Of a DNA stretch of 64,000 nucleotides, positions 57,614 to 64,000 are shown piece after piece. How positions within the stretch are numbered: position 1 is the stretch's first letter; every line of letters starts with the position of its first letter. The stretch spans positions 187 to 64,186 of the forward strand of contig NZ_JBAWAZ010000013.1 of assembly GCF_049589555.1 (NCBI RefSeq), written 5' to 3'. The notes under the pieces were generated by a model. The model was not told the DNA's origin and searched no databases. It worked only from the letters and a program-made list of their open reading frames with translations. Both the position numbers and the translations under genes were made by a program. This DNA comes from Trichococcus sp. (GTDB taxonomy: Bacteria > Bacillota > Bacilli > Lactobacillales > Aerococcaceae).

Positions 57614-57658
57614 ATGTTCGGTAAGCCAGAAAAATACGCATAATCGAGGTGAAATTCT

Positions 57659-58072
57659 ATGGACTTGAGAGAGATAAGCAGGTTGCTATATCAGATCAAA
57701 CTCACAAATCAGGAAATCAATACGCTGTTCGAAAAAGAAACGGGCTTCAGTTTGACGCGGTATGAAATGCTGATGTTCCTGAAAGATAAGGGGACATGCT
57801 CCCAAAAGCAGATCCAGACAGAGCTGAAGATAGACAGCGCGGCAATTACGCGCCATCTGAAAATATTAGAACAAAAGGGCTATGTCATCCGGGAACGGAA
57901 TGTAGAGAACAACAGAGAGGTCTTTGTTCAATTATCAGAGCAGGCGATCCAAGATTTGGCTGCCTGCGGAAAAGAACATGAGCAGGGGAAATCTTCCCTA
58001 TCGCTGTCCTTAAGCGATGGGGAAGCAGAGCAATTATCCGATTTACTGAACAAACTATACTTGAAAAGATAA
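57659..58072 (+). CDS. MarR-family transcriptional regulator
   Basis: 137 aa winged-helix pattern (LTRYEMLMFLKDKGTCSQKQIQTELKIDSAAITRHLKILEQKGYV). Confidence 0.88.
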   Translation: MDLREISRLLYQIKLTNQEINTLFEKETGFSLTRYEMLMFLKDKGTCSQKQIQTELKIDSAAITRHLKILEQKGYVIRERNVENNREVFVQLSEQAIQDLAACGKEHEQGKSSLSLSLSDGEAEQLSDLLNKLYLKR

Positions 58073-58091
58073 AAAGAAAGAGGCTGCAAAC

Positions 58092-58730
58092 ATGACCACT
58101 AAACTTATCAACAACGATTTTTCGGATATCGCATTCGGAAGAAAATCGATCCGTCTCTATGATGAAAATTTTAAAATCAGTCAGGAAGAAATGCTGGAAA
58201 TGATCCAGGAAGCCACAACCACACCATCATCCGTAAACATGCAACCTTGGCGTTTTGTGGTTGTCGAGAGCGAGGAAGCAAAAGCCAAATTGAAACCGCT
58301 GATCCGTTTCAACACAAGACAAAATGACACTTCGTCAGCGATGGTGCTGATATTCGGCGATATGCAATGCTACGAGTATGGGGAAGAAATTTATAATGCA
58401 GCTGTCGAACAAGGGAAAATGTCAGCGGAGGTCAGAGACCAACAATTGGCTGCCATCATTCCTTACTACAAGAACTTTTCAAAAGAAAAAATGAATGATG
58501 TCGTAAAAATCGATTCCAGTTTGGCAGCGATGCAATTCATGCTTGTGGCCCGCGCCCATGGCTATGATACAAATCCCATCGGCGGCTTTGAAGCGGATCA
58601 GTTGGCGGAAGCAGTCGATTTGGACAAAGAAAGATATGTGCCGGTCATGATCCTGTCAATCGGCAAGGCAATGGAAGAAGGCTACGAATCCGTAAGATTT
58701 GCACCAGAAAAAATCACTAATTTTAAGTAG
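58092..58730 (+). CDS. Nitroreductase-family NAD(P)H:FMN oxidoreductase
   Basis: RKSIRLYD...PSSVNMQPWRF motifs typical of the nitroreductase fold. Confidence 0.88.
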   Translation: MTTKLINNDFSDIAFGRKSIRLYDENFKISQEEMLEMIQEATTTPSSVNMQPWRFVVVESEEAKAKLKPLIRFNTRQNDTSSAMVLIFGDMQCYEYGEEIYNAAVEQGKMSAEVRDQQLAAIIPYYKNFSKEKMNDVVKIDSSLAAMQFMLVARAHGYDTNPIGGFEADQLAEAVDLDKERYVPVMILSIGKAMEEGYESVRFAPEKITNFK

Positions 58731-58738
58731 GTGGAGAA

Positions 58739-59026
58739 ATGATAGTAATCAATGCAGAATTCTATATTATACCCGAGCAAAAACAAAAATTCTTAAATGA
58801 AATTTCAGAACTAATTAAGGAATCTAGGAAAGAAGAAGGCTGCCTATCTTATCAACTTTACCAAGCTATTACAGATGAAAATAGTTTTGTAATGGTTGAA
58901 AAATGGGAAAACCCACAAGCGATTGAGTTACATAATAAAATGTCTCACTTACAAAATTTCGCTGAGAAAGTTCCTAATTATAGTCGCAAGGCGCCTCAAA
59001 TTACGGTTAGTCTTGTAAAAGAGTAA
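58739..59026 (+). CDS. Antibiotic-biosynthesis-monooxygenase (ABM/YgiN-like) domain protein
   Basis: 95-aa ferredoxin-like fold pattern ...EEGCLSYQLYQ...FVMVEKWENPQAIELH. Confidence 0.8.
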   Translation: MIVINAEFYIIPEQKQKFLNEISELIKESRKEEGCLSYQLYQAITDENSFVMVEKWENPQAIELHNKMSHLQNFAEKVPNYSRKAPQITVSLVKE

Positions 59027-59110
59027 TCAAAATCTTCTCAATACCCGAATTCCAAAAGATGCTTGATAAAATTGCATTCTTTGGAAATAAGTATACTCAG
59101 CTTTAGCCCA

Positions 59111-59145
59111 AAAGACCTCATTTCCTGAAAGAGTGAGGTCTTTTT
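59111..59145 (+). terminator. Rho-independent terminator (member 3 of the paralogous hairpin family)
   Basis: AAAGACCTCA-tttcctgaaagag-TGAGGTCTTT followed by TTTTT. Confidence 0.8.
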
Positions 59146-59548
59146 GATATATAGATTTTGCCTTTGGAGATGAAAAAGCATCCCTGGGAAGCAGCTTCTC
59201 ATTATTTCAAACTTATGCAGAACAGACTTCAATGCTAAACGATAAATTGATTGAGTGGCAGAAAATACTGATTGAAAAATATGCGATTGACATGGATACA
59301 AGCAGGCACAAAAAGCAGGGGATTGAGGGTGTTGTTGCCAATATTACAGGGGTGATCAATGAGGACTGACGGTATACTAAATGGGAGGAAAGTTAAACAA
59401 TTAAGATCAAACATCGACTCAATCCAGTTAAGCTTGAGCAAGCGTTTCACGAAACAAACATTTATCAAAATGATCTTCAACTTTTAATTAAAAATGGATA
59501 AACATATTTGTGTTTACCGGAAAAGTAATGGCTATGCTTCTTAAGACA

Positions 59549-59591
59549 GAAAAAAAACGAGACTATCTCTTGGAAAAAGAGATAGTCCCGT
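59549..59591 (-). terminator. Rho-independent terminator of the rgg-apbE-FMN reductase operon
   Basis: GACTATCTCT-tggaaaa-AGAGATAGTC stem. The plus-strand A8 on the left becomes a T-run on the minus strand, ~50 nt after the stop at 59639. Confidence 0.85.
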
Positions 59592-59638
59592 CTTGTGCTG
59601 TTATGCGGAAAATATTTGTTAAGGCCTCTGTAACGAAT

Positions 59639-60835
59639 TTATGCTTTAACCGATGCACCTGTACCAGCATCCACATCATTGCTGTAGTTGTCTTTGACGG
59701 AGGCGCTGGAAACGGCATCGACATCGCCCTCGAGTTTTTGGCCGGTTTGGGCCAGATACCAGTCGATGATCGGTTTGAAGTCCAGGATGTATTCGTTGAC
59801 GCCGGCATAGTTGCCATCTTTATCATGTAGCGCTTGATAATTATGCACGACATATTTGTCCGGACCATGAGTCGGAACGTTGACGCGGAAGGCGTCCATT
59901 GTGCCGGAACGCAATTGTTGGAGTACCCATTCCACGCCTTTGTGGACTCTTTCCGGGTGACATTTGGAGAGCGGATTGCCGACTTGGCCGGGCACGCGCG
60001 CAGCGAGCATTTCTTCTGCCGGTTTCGTATGGTTATAGTAGAGAAATTGGTTGTTGCTGTCTGCATAAGTCAATTCCATCGGCATCGAAGCCAGGAAGTA
60101 ATTCAGCTGATCAACGGTCAACAAGCCGCGTTCGAGTTTGACGTAGGTATTGCCTTCCACAGCGCCCACAAGCTCAGCGGCTTGTTCCAGCCAGTCGTCG
60201 GCTTCCTTATCGACGCCTTCAATCGTTGTTGCAATTTTTCCGATAGCGTACAGGTCTTCCGGTTCGAGCACCGGTTTTTTCGGTCCTTCAACAGCAGAGA
60301 CCAACGTGATGAACTGGGTGAATTTTTCCAGACAGCTGCCCAGAAAATCGACGGTGCGTTTGTCTTTCAGATTTTCCTGTTCATCGAATGCTTCTTTGAC
60401 CTTGCCCAGCAAAAATTCATTGCCTGGAAGGACGATGGCATTGACGCCGGGTGCATCTAGAATTTGGCGCAGGTGCAGTTGGGCACGGGAAGAGCCTTGA
60501 TCATAGTAGGAAGCTCCCACGATCATGACCGGTTTGTTTTCCAATGGATGGATTTTGAAGGACAACCATTCCAGCACACTCTTTAAGCTTGCAGGGATCG
60601 TGTGGTTGTGTTCAGGCGTGGCGATGATGACGCCATCCGCCTGCAGGATTTTTTGGCTCAACTTTTGCACAGCAGCGCTGTTCGTTTGGTCATCACTCTG
60701 ATTGAACAAAGGGATGTCCTTGATTTCCAAAATCTCCAGGTCGAACAAGTGGCTGAATTGCTTTTTGATGTATTTCAACAAGATGCGGTTATATGATACT
60801 TCCGCGTTGGAACCTACAATACCGACTAATTTCAT
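59639..60835 (-). CDS. Fusion protein: NAD(P)H-dependent FMN reductase (flavodoxin-like) domain + DUF438/PAS-like module + C-terminal double flavinylation-type motif
   Basis: N-terminus [17 protein letters not shown]...[14 protein letters not shown] (FMN_red family). The C-terminal half has [18 protein letters not shown]...SKCHPE...[15 protein letters not shown], resembling DUF438/PAS_10 as I recall it. Tail is [28 protein letters not shown]. Confidence 0.8.
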   Translation of the reverse strand: MKLVGIVGSNAEVSYNRILLKYIKKQFSHLFDLEILEIKDIPLFNQSDDQTNSAAVQKLSQKILQADGVIIATPEHNHTIPASLKSVLEWLSFKIHPLENKPVMIVGASYYDQGSSRAQLHLRQILDAPGVNAIVLPGNEFLLGKVKEAFDEQENLKDKRTVDFLGSCLEKFTQFITLVSAVEGPKKPVLEPEDLYAIGKIATTIEGVDKEADDWLEQAAELVGAVEGNTYVKLERGLLTVDQLNYFLASMPMELTYADSNNQFLYYNHTKPAEEMLAARVPGQVGNPLSKCHPERVHKGVEWVLQQLRSGTMDAFRVNVPTHGPDKYVVHNYQALHDKDGNYAGVNEYILDFKPIIDWYLAQTGQKLEGDVDAVSSASVKDNYSNDVDAGTGASVKA

Positions 60836-60853
60836 AATGTTTGTCTCCGATCT

Positions 60854-61462
60854 CTAGTTACTTTCCCAAGAAAAGTTTTCAGCTGCTTTTACGTGTGCGG
60901 CGTGGGTGTGCGATAGTTGTTTCATGATGTTGATAAACATTAGGAAGTCCTCGAACAAGCCTTCCAGCTCTTGGACCTGATCCGGATTCTTCAGATTGTT
61001 GTCTGCGTCGAAAGCCTGCAAAGAATGGCTGAGCAGGAACTCAGAACTTGGCATGATGCGGGCTTTCAATTCCGGCGCATCCAAAATTTGACGCAAATGC
61101 GCTTGCGCACGTGAGGAACCCAGTACGCCATAGGAAGCCCCTGTGATCATGACAGGCTTGTCGACGAAGGGGTAGATGCCGTAGGACAACCAACTCAAGG
61201 CGCTCATCAGGGAAGCGGGGACTGCGTGATCGTATTCTGGTGTGCTGATGATGACGCCGTCAGCTACTTCGATCTTTTCCGCCAAGGCTTTCGCCTCAGC
61301 CGGGATCTGCATGTCTGCCGGTTTGTCGAAGATAGGCAGGTCCTTGATTTCGACGATTTCGATGTCTGCCTTATCCGAAAAATGCTTTTGGATGTATTGC
61401 AGCAGCATACGGTTAGTGGAGTGGTCCGAGTTTGTGCCGACGAGGCCGATTAATTTATTCAT
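60854..61462 (-). CDS. NAD(P)H-dependent FMN reductase family protein (flavodoxin-like)
   Basis: MNKLIGLVGTNSDHSTNR...STPEYDHAVPASLMSAL; paralog of the N-terminal domain of the downstream gene. ATG 61462 after GGAAGGAAG. Confidence 0.85.
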   Translation of the reverse strand: MNKLIGLVGTNSDHSTNRMLLQYIQKHFSDKADIEIVEIKDLPIFDKPADMQIPAEAKALAEKIEVADGVIISTPEYDHAVPASLMSALSWLSYGIYPFVDKPVMITGASYGVLGSSRAQAHLRQILDAPELKARIMPSSEFLLSHSLQAFDADNNLKNPDQVQELEGLFEDFLMFINIMKQLSHTHAAHVKAAENFSWESN

Positions 61463-61515
61463 GTGAATACTTCCTTCCAAATATTAGTTTTTTTATGATT
61501 CATTTAAACACGTGA

Positions 61516-62460
61516 TTAGGCGGGGTGTTTGCGTTGCAGCCGGTTTTCCAAGCCTTTTGAGCAGATGAGGCTGCCGTCTTTCATGATCAGGATTCCGTCG
61601 ATTGCTTCCGATCGGTCCAATGTGGCGAGGATCACGTCGGCAGGTTGGCCGAATAAGCGGGTCGTCCAGATTTCCCCATCGACAGAGTCATCGGCAACCA
61701 CGGTCAGGCTGATGACATCCGTTTCTGCCGGATAGCCGGTTTGTGGGTCCAGAATATGGTGATAGTGCTTGCCTTGGGCTTCCAGCTGCCTCTCATATAC
61801 ACCGGAGGTAACCGCTGATTGGTTCTGGATCTTCAATACCGCGCTAAAATGCTCGCGGGGGAGCAGTGGGTTTTGGATGCCGATGCGCCAATAGGGATCT
61901 TCATGATTCTGGGATGGTCCGAACACGACGACATTTCCGCCCAAATTGATGAGAGCGGAAGCTACGCCGGCTTCCTTGAAGTATGCCGTCAGTAGATCGG
62001 CGATATAGCCTTTTGCCACGGCCCCCAAGTCGATCGCCATGCCTTCTTGCTGAAGGAAAACGGTCTGATCCTTCTCGGACAAGAGGATTTTGTTGGAATC
62101 GGTGATTTCAAGAAGCCTCTGAATCTCTTCAGCATTCGGGACTTTTGCATCACCGAAACCGATCCGCCAAGTCTGCACCAACGGTCCAATCGCGATATTC
62201 AGATGACTGCCAGGAGCTAAGCTATGGTATTTCCCCACCTTGATCAAGTGAAATAAATCAGGATGGACGGCGAGAGGGGCTTTCCCTGCCAACTGATTGA
62301 TTTGCATCAGCTCCGATGTTGGATCATTGGCGCTGAAACGCTGTTCGTATGTTTTCAGGCGTTGGATCGCCTCCTCCAAAATAGCATCAGGGTGCGTGTG
62401 CGTCACAAGTAGATCGATGATCGTTCCCATCAGACGGACCGTTGCCTTCTTTTGTTCCAT
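61516..62460 (-). CDS. apbE: FAD:protein FMN transferase (ApbE/Ftp family), no signal peptide or lipobox
   Basis: MGTIIDL, AIDLGAVAKGY, LGGNV, TSGVYER, HHILDPQTGYP motifs. Start at ATG 62460 (MEQKKATVRLMGT); the N-terminus is hydrophilic. Confidence 0.88.
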   Translation of the reverse strand: MEQKKATVRLMGTIIDLLVTHTHPDAILEEAIQRLKTYEQRFSANDPTSELMQINQLAGKAPLAVHPDLFHLIKVGKYHSLAPGSHLNIAIGPLVQTWRIGFGDAKVPNAEEIQRLLEITDSNKILLSEKDQTVFLQQEGMAIDLGAVAKGYIADLLTAYFKEAGVASALINLGGNVVVFGPSQNHEDPYWRIGIQNPLLPREHFSAVLKIQNQSAVTSGVYERQLEAQGKHYHHILDPQTGYPAETDVISLTVVADDSVDGEIWTTRLFGQPADVILATLDRSEAIDGILIMKDGSLICSKGLENRLQRKHPA

Positions 62461-62488
62461 TTTTTCCACCACCTTCAGGATAAACGTG

Positions 62489-63367
62489 TCATTCTTTTGC
62501 GGGATTCCCTGAAAGGATCTCACTTTCTAACTGCGCCAATTCTTTCAGCGCAATCGTGTTTTTGTTGATTTTTGAATAGGCTCTGGCATCGTAGATCAAT
62601 TCCAGCACTTCTTGCTGCGGCTTCTCCTGGAGGATGGCATTTTTGGCCAACTGGATGGCTGCACGGGCAAGGTAGTAGGTCACATGATTGTCTGAACAAA
62701 TGGAAACAGCATAGGAAAGCAGTGCATTGCTCAGTTCAATCTCATTGATGAGGGAATAGAAGGTACCGCTTTGGAAAACAATATTCAGTACACGCCAGAC
62801 ATCCTCCATCGTCTTGATCGGATAAGCATAAATTTTTTCCAGGACCTTACTGAAATAAAACTCTGCCTTTTCCAGTTTTTTTTCACGGCTGTAGACCATG
62901 CCGATACCGGTATAAGCCAGCAGGCGATAGATTTCCACATCGTTCCCATCGTCAGCCAGTAAGATTTGATCGAAGGTGAACAATACATCCGTCACTGAAA
63001 CCTGCTGCGCAATCATGATGAAACCGTTCAAATAATGGAAGCGTAGGGCCAGGCTGTTTTCTTCGATTTCACTCACGGTAATGCTCTGCAGCAGGTCCGA
63101 GGCCTGGTCGTATTCACTTGTGATCAGAAAGAATTCTGCTTCGTTCATTTTTTCTGTCGCTTCTGTATACTTGACGCCTACTTTAGGGAACAGTTCTCCC
63201 AAGGGTAGATTTAGTCTGTTGCACAGTTTGATCAGGATCTTCAGGTTCGGGACTTGCCCGTTGTTCTCGAAGCGGCTCAAAGTAGCTTGGGTACAGATAC
63301 CCTCTGCCAGGTCCATCTGAGAGAGGTTCAACGCTTTGCGGGCTTCAATAAATCGTTCGATGTTCAT
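62489..63367 (-). CDS. rgg: Rgg/GadR/MutR-family transcriptional regulator (XRE HTH + TPR-like peptide-binding domain)
   Basis: MNIERFIEARKALNLSQMDLAEGICTQATLSRFENNGQVPNLKILIKLCNRLN HTH plus a ~220-aa helical C-domain. ATG 63367 after GGGAGGAAAAA; the track ORF is over-extended to 63613. Confidence 0.85.
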   Translation of the reverse strand: MNIERFIEARKALNLSQMDLAEGICTQATLSRFENNGQVPNLKILIKLCNRLNLPLGELFPKVGVKYTEATEKMNEAEFFLITSEYDQASDLLQSITVSEIEENSLALRFHYLNGFIMIAQQVSVTDVLFTFDQILLADDGNDVEIYRLLAYTGIGMVYSREKKLEKAEFYFSKVLEKIYAYPIKTMEDVWRVLNIVFQSGTFYSLINEIELSNALLSYAVSICSDNHVTYYLARAAIQLAKNAILQEKPQQEVLELIYDARAYSKINKNTIALKELAQLESEILSGNPAKE

Positions 63368-63398
63368 TTTTTCCTCCCTAATAATCAAAGTGGCTCGG

Positions 63399-63455
63399 AT
63401 GACAGCAACGAAGATTCGAATCGATATTGTGTTTTGTTTCACATTACTTATGTAA
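63399..63455 (+). CDS. Candidate SHP-like short hydrophobic peptide (18 aa), divergent from rgg
   Basis: Hand translation MTATKIRIDIVFCFTLLM: basic N-terminus, Asp, hydrophobic C-terminus. Weak RBS (AAAGTGG). Speculative. Confidence 0.2.
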   Translation: MTATKIRIDIVFCFTLLM

Positions 63456-63458
63456 GTG

Positions 63459-63487
63459 ATTATACGCTTACTGAATATAAGGGTCAA
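63459..63487 (-). promoter_or_regulatory. Consensus sigmaA-type promoter of rgg (minus strand)
   Basis: Minus-strand TTGACC (63487-63482), 17-nt spacer, TATAAT (63464-63459). Confidence 0.7.
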
Positions 63488-63526
63488 TAGAATATATAAA
63501 AAATTATATAAAACGAGGGTTGGAAG

Positions 63527-64000
63527 ATGACTGAACCTATTTTGAAGGATCCACGCGAGTTGTATCACACTGGAAAATTTGCAGATCAGGATCAAGACAC
63601 CCCTGCTTTGCAAGATAAGATGCTACCGAAACCCGATTGCGGGGAGGAAAGCTACGTAGGTAACCACTTGTTGGAGAATCACCGTGTATTGATCACTGGT
63701 GGCGATTCCGGAATCGGACGGACAGCTGCGATAGCCTTGCGGACCAACAGCGCCGCGGTAAAAACTGCCGGCATTTCCGCGACCGTTACCCAAATGTTGG
63801 GCATCAGCGAACCGGCGCTGTTCGGGGTCGTGATGCGCACTGGTATGAAGGCGATCGGCGTGATGTTGGCGAGTTCCGCTCTGGGAGGCATGGCCCTTTC
63901 GCTGCTAGGGATACAGGCGAACAGTTACGGATTGGCGGTGTTGTTGTCGCCACTGATGTATATCTACGATCCGTACCAATTGACGATGTATGTGGTGATC
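63527..64000 (+). pseudogene. In-frame chimera: first ~70 codons of a YghA/YdaD-type short-chain dehydrogenase joined to the C-terminal part of a PTS EIIC (Bgl/Scr/Tre class); open at the window end
   Basis: Residues 1-70 MTEPILKDPRELYHTGKF...PDCGEESYVG...VLITGGDSGIGRTAAIA form an SDR N-terminus. From ~63737 the sequence is ...AGISATVTQMLGISEPALFGV...GGMALSLLG (EIIC GITEPAIFGV-type motif). No stop before 64000. Confidence 0.5.

Noticed and set aside
62489-63613. 374-aa version of the Rgg ORF given in the track
   Set aside because: The first 82 codons (hydrophobic, Ile/Leu-rich) run antisense through the neighbouring promoter and the SDR start. A strong GGGAGGAAAAA-ATG at 63367 gives the canonical HTH N-terminus, so the short form is used.

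Overview
This is a 64-kb chromosomal segment from a non-sporulating member of the Bacilli. Gene content and order look Lactobacillales/Carnobacteriaceae-like, but the taxon is inference only. Most of the window is conserved housekeeping backbone in three blocks. (i) 0.1-27.4 kb: znuACB, purR, a cupin gene, glmU, prs, ldh, then the pth-mfd-yabM/N/O-divIC-yabR-tilS-hpt-ftsH-hslO-cysK-dusB-lysS cluster. (ii) 27.8-32.2 kb: the str operon rpsL-rpsG-fusA-tuf. After an ammonium-transporter locus comes the S10-spc-alpha ribosomal super-operon rpsJ...rplQ (35.0-49.0 kb), including secY, adk, infA, rpmJ and rpoA. (iii) 49.4-56.1 kb: ecfA1-ecfA2-ecfT-truA and rplM-rpsI. I recognised no rRNA, tRNA, CRISPR array, transposase or integrase. 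Accessory or unusual parts are as follows. (a) A lone NERD-domain gene (7.3-8.2 kb) is bracketed by two direct copies of a ~140-bp three-hairpin repeat module. (b) A single 597-aa ORF fuses an Amt ammonium channel to a P-II (GlnK) domain and has GlnR/TnrA-type boxes upstream. (c) A 2.3-kb insertion (chorismate mutase, Cys/Met PLP enzyme, hypothetical) lies between truA and rplM. (d) A 7.8-kb accessory tail follows rpsI (56.2-64.0 kb). It holds an overlapping pair of paralogous 4-TM mini-membrane proteins and a MarR-nitroreductase-ABM operon. It also holds the most interesting candidate system: a minus-strand operon of an Rgg-type regulator, a signal-less ApbE flavin transferase, and two flavodoxin-like FMN reductases. 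The last reductase is fused to a DUF438/PAS-like module and ends in two tandem ApbE-type flavinylation motifs. A possible SHP-like pheromone mini-ORF lies divergent from rgg. (e) The window ends in an in-frame chimera of an SDR N-terminus and a PTS EIIC C-terminal part. All calls come from reading the translated ORFs and the DNA by eye; no database search was run.
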